DNA of 60,831 bases, the filler included. It is 4 parts of 4 records of this genome, joined end to end, with 100 filler letters (N's around TTAATTAATTAA, not from the genome) between each part and the next. Parts side by side here need not be neighbours in the genome. Positions count along the whole stretch, not along the records: positions 24,948 to 49,836 come from DRR723986_2416; positions 49,937 to 60,831 come from DRR723986_2418; 2 more parts are not named here. One strand, given 5' to 3'. Positions within the stretch are counted from its first letter, which is position 1, and each line of letters opens with the position of its first letter. The notes below the pieces were generated by a model that was given only the letters and a program-made list of their open reading frames with translations, made no database searches and was not told where the DNA came from. The position numbers were made by a program, and so were the translations under genes. Positions 49,710 to 58,254 of the stretch are shown here, one piece after another.

Positions 49710-49836
49710 AAGGCTTCAGATCCGGCTTGATGCCTCTGGCTTGGGGCATGCGAAACGCGTAAGCGTCTTCGCATCGACTCCTTTCGGAGTCGCCCCGCGC
49801 TGCGAGGCCGCCGGGAAGCCTTGCAAAGCCGGCAAG
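49710..49836. repeat. Highly structured intergenic element at contig end (REP-like repeat or ncRNA)
   Basis: Nested inverted repeats GGGGC[ATGCGAA-ACGC-GTAA-GCGT-C-TTCGCAT][CGACTCC-TTTC-GGAGTCG]CCCC, with outer GCCTC/GAGGC and CCGGCTT/AAGCCGG arms. Confidence 0.5.
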
Positions 49837-49936
49837 NNNNNNNNNNNNNNNNNNNNNNNNNNNNNNNNNNNNNNNNNNNNTTAATTAATTAANNNNNNNN
49901 NNNNNNNNNNNNNNNNNNNNNNNNNNNNNNNNNNNN
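49837..49936. other. Artificial contig-joining spacer
   Basis: N44-TTAATTAATTAA-N44. Confidence 0.99.
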
Positions 49937-50027
49937 GGAGTCCGTCCAACCCGCTCTTAACGTCGATTGCCGGACTCTCGTGCGTAAACATCGCGATCTA
50001 CCGCAAACTCAAACATTAGAGTAAATC

Positions 50028-50840
50028 TTACTGCCAGCGCTCCAGAGTAAAACTCTCGCCCAAATAACGCTTGCGGACTTCCGGGTTGGCGGCAATATCC
50101 TCGGCGGTACCGGAGTAATACAAGTCGCCATCAATCAGAATGTAAGCGCGGTCAGTGATCGAAAGCGTTTCGTGGACGTTGTGGTCGGTGATTAATATTC
50201 CAAGTCCACGCTCGCGAAGGCCGCGAACGATACGCATGATTTCTTCAACGGCAATCGGATCAATTCCGGCAAACGGCTCGTCGAGAAGTAAAAACTTGGG
50301 GTCGGTGGCCAAAGCGCGCGCAATTTCCGTGCGGCGGCGTTCGCCACCTGAAAGCACGTAACCCTTGCTTTTGCGGATGTGCGTAATCCCAAATTCCGTT
50401 AACAGTTCCTCCAGACGTTCGCGACGTATTTTACGACTCATGCGGCGTAACTGCAAAACCGCCATAATATTATCTTCGACGGACATCTTGCGGAAAACAG
50501 ATGCTTCCTGCGGCAAATATCCGAGCCCAAGGCGTGCGCGTTTGTACATGGCCAAACGCGTGATATCGCGATCGTTATAAAACACCTTGCCGCCATCCGG
50601 ACGTATCATGCCAACAATCATATAAAATGACGTTGTTTTTCCGGCACCGTTGGGACCGAGCAAACCGACAATCTCACCCTCGGAGACTTCAAGCGAGACG
50701 TCCTTAACAACACGGCGTTTCTTGTAAACCTTAACCAAACCTTCGGCACGAATGGTGTCAGGCAGAGTTACCTTTGGCAGGTCAGCCGACTGCACGAGCG
50801 TCTGATCCGATGATTGTTCGTGTTGATCTATCTGTGCCAT
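50028..50840 (-). CDS. lptB: LPS export ABC transporter ATP-binding protein
   Basis: [62 protein letters not shown]. Confidence 0.95.
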   Translation of the reverse strand: MAQIDQHEQSSDQTLVQSADLPKVTLPDTIRAEGLVKVYKKRRVVKDVSLEVSEGEIVGLLGPNGAGKTTSFYMIVGMIRPDGGKVFYNDRDITRLAMYKRARLGLGYLPQEASVFRKMSVEDNIMAVLQLRRMSRKIRRERLEELLTEFGITHIRKSKGYVLSGGERRRTEIARALATDPKFLLLDEPFAGIDPIAVEEIMRIVRGLRERGLGILITDHNVHETLSITDRAYILIDGDLYYSGTAEDIAANPEVRKRYLGESFTLERWQ

Positions 50841-50952
50841 GTTACTGTTCCGGATTCAGCGGCATATCAAGTTTGTTAATCTACTTAACACGCCGGTCGA
50901 AGTACAAGATTGCGGGAATTTTTAAGTTCAAATATACACTGCTGTGTTTAAA

Positions 50953-52239
50953 TTAACGCTTGCGACGCGACGTTGGCCGCAGCTCCAGAGTTTTGCGCAT
51001 TTCCTTGCCGTCACGCAAAATAGTTAGTGACATTTCCTCACCCGCGACACCATCGTTCAGAATTACCTGAACATCTTCGGGGCGCAGGATACGCTCGCCA
51101 TCAATTTGAACGATGATATCACCTGGCTCCAGGCCGGCGTCTTCAGCAGGCGAACGGCGGTAAATCTCGGAGATAAACACACCGCGCTCACGTTCCAGCT
51201 TCAGTGCGCGCGCCAGTTTTTTATCAACTGCTCCCACGTTTAATCCGACGTTGTAATCGCGATCGATCTTGCCATCGCGTTTGATGCGCTCTACGATCTG
51301 CATGACGCGGTTAATCGGGATAGCAAAGCCAATACCAATACTGCCGGCGCCGCGCGAAGTTTGTGCGGTAGTAAAAATAGTGGCGTTCATGCCAATCACC
51401 TGCCCATTGGCGTTAACCAGCGGTCCACCTGAGTTACCAGAACTGATCGACGCATCGGTTTGGAGCATGCCGCGATAGACTTTATCGTCCTGCGTAAAGT
51501 TCATGCCGGTATTGGAGATTACTCCGACAGTAACTGTTGGTTTGGCGTTAATCGCAAACAGGCCAAATGGGTTGCCAAATGAAATGGCCCACTCACCAAT
51601 GATTGTTTTTTCTGAGTCGGCGATTTCCAGGTAGGGAAACCGTTTGTCCGTGTTTTGAATCTTAAGAAGTGCGACGTCACTGACAGCATCGGAGCCAATC
51701 AGCTTGGCAGTATATTGTTCGCCATTTGTCATCGCAATAGTAATTTCGCTGGCACCACCGGCGACGTGTTCATTTGTTAACACGTAACCATCGCTGGAGA
51801 TAATGAAACCGGACCCCAGACCTTTAACTTCTTCCTCATAAACGCGGTTTCCGCGGCGGCCCATAAACAATTCCATCCAAGGGTCGCGTACAGAATAGCG
51901 CCGAACTTCAGTGACGTTAATTCCAACCACGGCCGGACTGCACTCTTCAACAGCGCGAGTTATCGCATTGCGACGCGAGCGCGTGATGTCATCTTCAGGT
52001 GTCGGTGCCGGCTCAGGAGCTACATTAACGGCAAGTGCCTCACTGTCAATCGTTGCAGCATCGTAGTCCAGCGTGTTTAAGTTATCCGAATTGGGAAAGG
52101 AGCTGCTGAGTGAGTTATTCTGATTCTGCCGTTCGTCTTGCTGGGATTGACATGCTATGGTTCCAACAACGGTCATGCACAATATCAGCATGCCGCAAAC
52201 GCCATGAGTCCAGTGCGGTGCAAATATACGAGTTCTCAT
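50953..52239 (-). CDS. HtrA/DegQ-family serine protease with one PDZ domain
   Basis: GSGFIIS.DGY.LTN.HV, DVALLKI, QTDASISSGNSGGPL, GIGFAIP, PDZ (SPAEDAGLEPGDII); start uncertain, possible lipobox TIAC. Confidence 0.9.
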   Translation of the reverse strand: MRTRIFAPHWTHGVCGMLILCMTVVGTIACQSQQDERQNQNNSLSSSFPNSDNLNTLDYDAATIDSEALAVNVAPEPAPTPEDDITRSRRNAITRAVEECSPAVVGINVTEVRRYSVRDPWMELFMGRRGNRVYEEEVKGLGSGFIISSDGYVLTNEHVAGGASEITIAMTNGEQYTAKLIGSDAVSDVALLKIQNTDKRFPYLEIADSEKTIIGEWAISFGNPFGLFAINAKPTVTVGVISNTGMNFTQDDKVYRGMLQTDASISSGNSGGPLVNANGQVIGMNATIFTTAQTSRGAGSIGIGFAIPINRVMQIVERIKRDGKIDRDYNVGLNVGAVDKKLARALKLERERGVFISEIYRRSPAEDAGLEPGDIIVQIDGERILRPEDVQVILNDGVAGEEMSLTILRDGKEMRKTLELRPTSRRKR

Positions 52240-52596
52240 AATCTCTTCTGTTTTGTCGCTGCTTAAATAGACTATTGTTAGCTTTGAGTCCCTGAGCCGT
52301 GCTACACACGAATCACATATTGGATCGATTGTAGTATTGGGGCTGGTCGTCAGTAAGATTTCCGCCAGTCTGTGACTGCCGGGTTCGGGCATGTGGGTAG
52401 TGCGCTTACGACTGACCCGGCCTGAGGTTGCAAGGCTGTTGGAAAGGTGTTTGGCATGTGGATCAAGGATTTGAGAGCGCCTCAATTACTTACAGCTGCA
52501 GACACGGTGCAAAACATAAAAATCATGCTCACAGGGCGCGCCCCAGCCGAACAGGCGCCGGGCATGCGGCTCCAAGCCATTGCAATTTAACAGCTT

Positions 52597-53070
52597 ATGG
52601 ATATCCGCCCACCAAAACTCAATCTGCCGTCCTATGATTTCATGACGCGTGAAGTCGATGGAATTGCCAAGGTTTACGATCCTCTGCGGCGCAAGTATGT
52701 GGCGGCAACCCCGGAGGAATGGGTGCGTTTGCATCTGGTGCAGGCGCTGATTGAGCAGCGTGATTTTCCGCGTGGACTAATCCACATCGAGCAAAGTATT
52801 ACAACCCACGGACAGTCGCGACGCTGTGACGTTGTCGTATATGATCGGCAGCTGCAGGCGCGCATGATTATTGAGTGTAAGGCGCCGGGAGTGAAAATTG
52901 ATCAGGCGGTTTTTGACCAAATTTCCGTCTATAATGTGGCCGTAAAGGCGCGCTGGCTGTTGGTGAGTAATGGCCTTGATCACTATTGTTGTACGGTGGA
53001 CCTGCAGCGCCGCGAATTCCAGTTTGAGCCGGATTTACCGACCTACGCTCAGATCCTGACAGAAGCCTGA
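52597..53070 (+). CDS. Stand-alone type I restriction enzyme HsdR N-terminal domain protein
   Basis: D.LRRKYV..TPEEWVR, RCDVVVY, IIECKAP, Q...YN, SNG (PD-(D/E)xK-like); no hsdM/S or helicase nearby. Confidence 0.85.
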   Translation: MDIRPPKLNLPSYDFMTREVDGIAKVYDPLRRKYVAATPEEWVRLHLVQALIEQRDFPRGLIHIEQSITTHGQSRRCDVVVYDRQLQARMIIECKAPGVKIDQAVFDQISVYNVAVKARWLLVSNGLDHYCCTVDLQRREFQFEPDLPTYAQILTEA

Positions 53071-53356
53071 TTCCAACCGGCGTGCTCCCTCCGATAAACA
53101 AGCCCACAATCCTAAGCATCCACATAAAATGGGTCGAGGCCAAGAACCCCTGCCTGCACCGCTTTCAGTAGCCCAAGTTTAGCGCCGGTGGCCAACAACT
53201 CCAATAGAAAAATGACTAAAGTCCCCCGCTCAGCTGCTGAACGGACGGATTTTCGGGATAATCGCAGCACATTGGACCTAAGCCAGACCTGAGCATCATA
53301 GAAATGAGATTGTTAGCCACATCAAACTTTTTTATTAGGCATGGCGTAATATTTTT

Positions 53357-53370
53357 TTAGACGTGTCTAA
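53357..53370. promoter_or_regulatory. Palindromic operator, DtxR/MntR-like
   Basis: TTAGAC-GT-GTCTAA perfect palindrome, 7 bp before a TATTTTGC -7-like element (53378-53385) upstream of the TonB receptor. Confidence 0.55.
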
Positions 53371-53500
53371 CTTTTGCTATTTTGCATTCACCCAATCGAA
53401 CACTCATGCATTGTTTGGTTTGAATCCGACCATGGATAGCGGCGCGGAAAATGCAGTGGGTACATTTTTAGCAAGCGACAACATCGCCCCCAACAGATAT

Positions 53501-55966
53501 ATGAGCTTCTCCAAAAACTTCGGTCTGCCAAGAGTGTGTGCACATTCGTGTGGCAGTAAACTGCATCCGGTCGGTATTGTTAGCTCAGTACTGTTTTTTG
53601 TATTTCTGGCGGCGCTGCCCTCGACTCTTTGGGCACATATCGTTCTTGAAATTTCGGTACGTGCCGCAGATAACAGTGAACCGGTTGTGGGAGCCAGTGT
53701 CAGTTTGCCTGACGTAGCGACCGGCGCGGTCACTGATGTTAACGGAATTGCGCAAATCGACCTGCATGACATGTTGCTGCGACAGGTTGATGTTCAAGTC
53801 AGCAGCCTGGGATTTGACAAACAGGATTTTGAGCTGGAACTAGCGGAGAATCTGCGCGAAGGCCAGATTGTTAAACATTCTATTAAGATGCAACGCACTG
53901 AAGTGTTAACTCCCGAAGTGCAGGTTGTGGGGCGGCGACTTAAACGCCCACGCGAAGAGGACCCGGTGCTGGTTGGTGAAACGAGTTACCAGATGTTTGA
54001 GGCGATACAGGCTGCCAGCATTGCTGAAGGTTTGGCGTTTCAGCCGGGACTGCGCCTGGAGAACAATTGCCAGAATTGCGGCTTTTCGCAGGTGCGGCTT
54101 AACGGTCTGGATGGCGCATATTCACAAATTCTGATTGACTCGCGGCCGGTATTCAGCGCTCTGAGCGGCGTCTACGGACTGGAACAGATTCCGCCGGCAA
54201 TGATTGAACGCATTGATGTTGTGCGCGGCGGCGGTTCCGCATCACAGGGTGCCAACGCGATTGGCGGCACGATTAACATTATCACGCGCGATCCGGTTGA
54301 GAACAGCGCGCAAATCAGCAGCAACACAGGGCTGATCAATGGCCAAGCGTTCGACAATACCTTGACGATTAACGCCGCATTAACCAGCGAAACAATGCCG
54401 GTAGGCCTACATATTTTTGGTTTTAAGCGCGAGCGCGACGACTGGGATGCGAATGGTGATGGGTTTACGGAAATCACAGCGCTTTCGAGCAGTTCCTTTG
54501 GACTGCGTTCCTACTATAAACCGAGTGACATGTCCAGGATAGACCTGGAAATTCACAGCATCGATGAGTTCCGCCGTGGTGGAAACTTACTGGACCGTCC
54601 AGCACATCAGGCGGACATTGCCGAGCAGCTCGACCATCGCACATTTGGCGCTTCACTTAACGCCGAACTCTACGCGGAAAGGAACACTTTACTGGCGGCA
54701 TATACTTCGGTACGCAACACACATCGCGACAGCTATTACGGTGGCGGCGGCAATAGTGACGATCCGGCCGAACGCGCCGAGGCGGCCAACTTTTATGGTG
54801 TGACGGACGATTTTAACATTGTTGGTGGTCTGCAGGCAGGGCGCAATTTATCCTTCCTGGACAGGCCACTTAACATTGCACTGGGCACGGAGTGGCAGTT
54901 TGCATCAGTAGACGATAATATGCCGGGTTACAGCCGACTGATTAAACAAGATGTCAGCACGTTGGCGGCATACTCGCAGATGGAGTGGCAGCCGCAGCAG
55001 CAACTGACGGTTCAGTTGGGTCTGCGCCACGACTGGATAAATCTGGATGGAAGTTACTTGTTTGGCGGAGAAGATGTCATTCCTGCAGATCGCAACTTCT
55101 CGGTACTTTCGCCGCGGGTTAACATTTTGCAACGCATCGGCGCGAACTGGGGTGTCCGTGTCGGCTTCGCGCGCGGCTTCCGGGTACCACAAGCCTTTGA
55201 CGAAGACCTGCACATTGAGACAGTTGGCGGCACGGCCCAGGTTGTTGAATTTGGCGATGACCTGCGTCCTGAGAGTTCCGACAGTTTTACAGCTTCACTT
55301 AACTTTCGGCGCAAGGACTACGGGGTTGTGTCCTGGGACGCGACACTCGAAGCATTTGCGACTTTCCTGCACGATCCATTTATTAACGAATTCACCGGCG
55401 TGACTCTGGCCGGCAGCGGCGCTTCGGTTGTGGCCAAACGCAACGGTGATGGTGCACGTGTGGCCGGCGTTAACATTGACGTTGAGCGCAGCTTCACAAA
55501 CTCACTTTCGGCGCAAATTGGCGGCACGCTGCAGATTGCGGAATACGATGCTGTTGGCGGCGAGGTGGTTCTGGAGGAACGCGGCGACGGTGGCGAGCTG
55601 ATTCGCGAGATTAGCAGCACGGAAATGTTAAGGACACCAAATGTCTACGGATTCTTTTCGCTCATGTGGGCACCAAGCACACAATACGACATTGCGCTGA
55701 CGGGAGTTTTCACCGGCCCGATGTGGACACCTAACGAGCGCAGTATTGAGCTGGTGCGCACTCCGCAGTTTCTGGAAATCAACATTAAAACGGCACGAAG
55801 ATTTACGATTGGCCAGGACTTAAACCTTGAGCTTGCACTTGGTGTGCAGAACGCACTTAACAGTTTCCAGGACGACTTTGACACGGGCGCTGATCGCGAC
55901 TCAGGTTATGTTTACGGTCCAACGCGCCCGCGCACCTACTTTGGCGGTCTGCGGCTTCTCTGGTGA
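53501..55966 (+). CDS. TonB-dependent receptor (N-terminal carboxypeptidase-like domain), probably metal uptake
   Basis: EPVVGASV..G..TD.NG; plug GLRLENNCQNCGF.QVRLNGL.G.YSQILID, IERIDVVRGGGS; C-terminal YVYGP..PRTYF.G; start uncertain (53432 alternative). Confidence 0.9.
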   Translation: MSFSKNFGLPRVCAHSCGSKLHPVGIVSSVLFFVFLAALPSTLWAHIVLEISVRAADNSEPVVGASVSLPDVATGAVTDVNGIAQIDLHDMLLRQVDVQVSSLGFDKQDFELELAENLREGQIVKHSIKMQRTEVLTPEVQVVGRRLKRPREEDPVLVGETSYQMFEAIQAASIAEGLAFQPGLRLENNCQNCGFSQVRLNGLDGAYSQILIDSRPVFSALSGVYGLEQIPPAMIERIDVVRGGGSASQGANAIGGTINIITRDPVENSAQISSNTGLINGQAFDNTLTINAALTSETMPVGLHIFGFKRERDDWDANGDGFTEITALSSSSFGLRSYYKPSDMSRIDLEIHSIDEFRRGGNLLDRPAHQADIAEQLDHRTFGASLNAELYAERNTLLAAYTSVRNTHRDSYYGGGGNSDDPAERAEAANFYGVTDDFNIVGGLQAGRNLSFLDRPLNIALGTEWQFASVDDNMPGYSRLIKQDVSTLAAYSQMEWQPQQQLTVQLGLRHDWINLDGSYLFGGEDVIPADRNFSVLSPRVNILQRIGANWGVRVGFARGFRVPQAFDEDLHIETVGGTAQVVEFGDDLRPESSDSFTASLNFRRKDYGVVSWDATLEAFATFLHDPFINEFTGVTLAGSGASVVAKRNGDGARVAGVNIDVERSFTNSLSAQIGGTLQIAEYDAVGGEVVLEERGDGGELIREISSTEMLRTPNVYGFFSLMWAPSTQYDIALTGVFTGPMWTPNERSIELVRTPQFLEINIKTARRFTIGQDLNLELALGVQNALNSFQDDFDTGADRDSGYVYGPTRPRTYFGGLRLLW

Positions 55967-55999
55967 TTTCGGCCTGCCGTTTTTTTTTGCACTGATCGG

Positions 56000-56065
56000 C
56001 CCAGGGATGACTCAGGGATGAATAAGGGGTGACTCAGGGATGAACAAGGGGTAACTCAGGGATTT
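56000..56065. repeat. Six tandem 11-bp units with 22-bp super-period
   Basis: CCCAGGGATGA CTCAGGGATGA ATAAGGGGTGA CTCAGGGATGA ACAAGGGGTAA CTCAGGGATTT. Confidence 0.85.
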
Positions 56066-56176
56066 GGGCTTAACATTCGCGGTGTTGTTTGACTTTGGTC
56101 TTGCGGTTTTTGCGACTGGTTTCGGGCTGGTTGACGGGCGGCTCCGACTTAACAACTACATCTTTTGGTTCGGGGC

Positions 56177-56437
56177 TTGAGCGCTTTATGCCCCCTTCAT
56201 TTGGGGCATAGCTTTGATGATTTTTATGTTTAGCACTGAGCCGGAAGCCGCACACCTCTAATTTATTCAAACATTTTTTAGCTGGAAGGCCGGCGGCTGC
56301 GGCCTCAAGCAGACTGAACATTTGGTTATTGAGCGGTTTGGGGTGGGCTTGTCTATTGAAAACTTGGGTTTCGGGGACAAACAAGATGGCTGTGAAAGCT
56401 ATGCCCCCTCAAATGAAGGGGGGCATAAAGCGCTCAA
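56177..56437. repeat. Pair of ~40-bp palindromic units in inverted orientation (REPIN/MITE-like)
   Basis: 56177-56215 TTGAGCGCTTTATGCCCCCTTCATTTGGGGCATAGCTTT is nearly the reverse complement of 56395-56437 AAAGCTATGCCCCCTCAAATGAAGGGGGGCATAAAGCGCTCAA. Confidence 0.8.
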
Positions 56438-56509
56438 AAAAAACAAGCAGCTACATATTATACAACTTGTGACTGATTATACTCTCCGAAGAACGCCAAG
56501 ACAAATAGT

Positions 56510-57319
56510 TTAGATTAAACTTTCCAGAAAACGGCCGACGTAGAACGCCAGTAGTGCAGCGATCGCCCCCAGGCCAAGTGTTTCGAACATACCTTTAAGC
56601 CGTGCCGTGTGAGTCACGTGCGCCTTAAGCAAACCAATTCCAATAAATGCCAGAGATGTTAATATGCTGGACACGAGGAACATATCCCAGTCAACATCAA
56701 CCATATAGTCAACAACGTAGGCGATCAGTGGAATTAAACCGAGCATAAAAAACGAGGCAAAGGTCACTGTTCCCATCATAAATGGTGAGCGCGTTTCGGC
56801 CGTCATTTCTAGCTCGTCCTTCATCATCGTGTCAACCCAACGGTCCTTGTCGGCTGTGAGTGTGTCTACGACCTGATCGAGGAGTGGCCCCTCAAAACCT
56901 TTTTCGGCGTAGATGCGCTGTAGTTCGGAGCGCTCGCGATCGGGATGGTTAACAACCTCCCAGGCTTTGATTTTTTTGTGTTTGGTGAAACTGTCACATT
57001 CGGACTTGGACGAAAGGTAGGAGCCGACCGACATTGCAAAACCATCGGCCAACAAGTTGGCAAAACCGAGGATTAACACAATTGAGCTTTCGAGGTTAGC
57101 ACCTGCGGCACTTGCAACCACAGCAAACGTTGTCACACTTCCATCGATTCCACCATAAACGAATTCGCCCAGATAGGCCTGCATTCGTTTAATACGATCG
57201 CTACCATGATGGCGCTCGACGTGATCGGAAGTGATAGAACGCACATTGTCGCTGCTATCGGATACGGGATTTTTCTGCGTGTTAATGCCAGGCATGTTAT
57301 TGGGCTTAACATTTGACAT
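56510..57319 (-). CDS. VIT1/CCC1 family Fe/Mn transporter
   Basis: VYGGIDGSVTTFAVV, GFANLLADGFAMSVGSYLS, MMKDEL, five TM helices; start uncertain. Confidence 0.9.
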   Translation of the reverse strand: MSNVKPNNMPGINTQKNPVSDSSDNVRSITSDHVERHHGSDRIKRMQAYLGEFVYGGIDGSVTTFAVVASAAGANLESSIVLILGFANLLADGFAMSVGSYLSSKSECDSFTKHKKIKAWEVVNHPDRERSELQRIYAEKGFEGPLLDQVVDTLTADKDRWVDTMMKDELEMTAETRSPFMMGTVTFASFFMLGLIPLIAYVVDYMVDVDWDMFLVSSILTSLAFIGIGLLKAHVTHTARLKGMFETLGLGAIAALLAFYVGRFLESLI

Positions 57320-58254
57320 AGAAACTGTACCGGCATTACTGCTTGGAGAGGGGCTGAGGAGGGTAGCCTCTTTCATCGATCGACCTTTCGCCTTATCAAG
57401 GGGAGTTCTTAACTGGATTGTAAAACTACGGCGGGCACTGTTTCCGATGGATTAACAATTTATGATAATTCCTTGAGCACCTTGTTAAGAGGCGGTAATG
57501 CTCTTGATGAGCGGATTGCAGTGACAAGTGGAAGAGGGGCGTGACGCCAGCGGCATAGGCCTGGTGCCAATAGGCGAGCGGGATGTGGACTGGGAACTAT
57601 GTATACAGAGCCTGAGATAACATTCAGCGTACGCTAAATCCATGCGGATTGTGTCACATGTGGCGGAAGGTACGAAGGATGCAGTCAGATTGTCGCTGGG
57701 CAGTCCAACACCCCGTAAAATGCTGACCGCTTGGGGGCGAATGTGGGACGTTGAGTCATGAAATTGCGGCCGTTCAGCAAAATATCTGCCAGGTGTGAGG
57801 ATGTAAGTTGTAGACTTGTGTTACATGGTTGGAGAGTCGACTGGCGGCCGTGTGGTTTGGGCCTTGCTTGTGAACCTGTAGAGATACGGGGCAGGTGAGG
57901 TGTATATAAAAGTGGTATAAGGTATTCCGAGGTGGCGGCGGGGAGGAACCCAGAATCACGCAAAAGTACGCCCAAAATTTTCGAACCCTCAACCCAGCCG
58001 CTCCCCCATCCACAATTCCGCCCAACATCCACAGATTTCTGCCCTGAAAACCGCACGATTTTCAAACTTTTTCCAAAAAACAGACCAAGCCATCGCACCA
58101 AAAGAAGAGACCTTGCATTCAGCAATAATTTACACGACCATCCGCACCTGACACGTCGATTCCGGGATAGTCGTATTTTGCGGTGTGCAAGACTGCACCT
58201 AAGGTGCCGGATTGCCACGTAGAATCGAAGAGGCCATGCCTGCTTATGAATCTC

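Noticed and set aside
53200..53300. Cobalamin riboswitch before the TonB receptor (AGCCAGACCTG)
   Set aside because: Only a partial B12-box resemblance; the GGGAA, GCCACTG and other core elements are absent.
56000..56437. CRISPR array
   Set aside because: No 25-45-bp direct repeats with unique spacers, and no cas genes.
58000..58040. oriC from DnaA-box-like ATCCACA pairs
   Set aside because: Only two boxes, each with 2 mismatches to TTATCCACA, and no AT-rich unwinding element or dnaA context.
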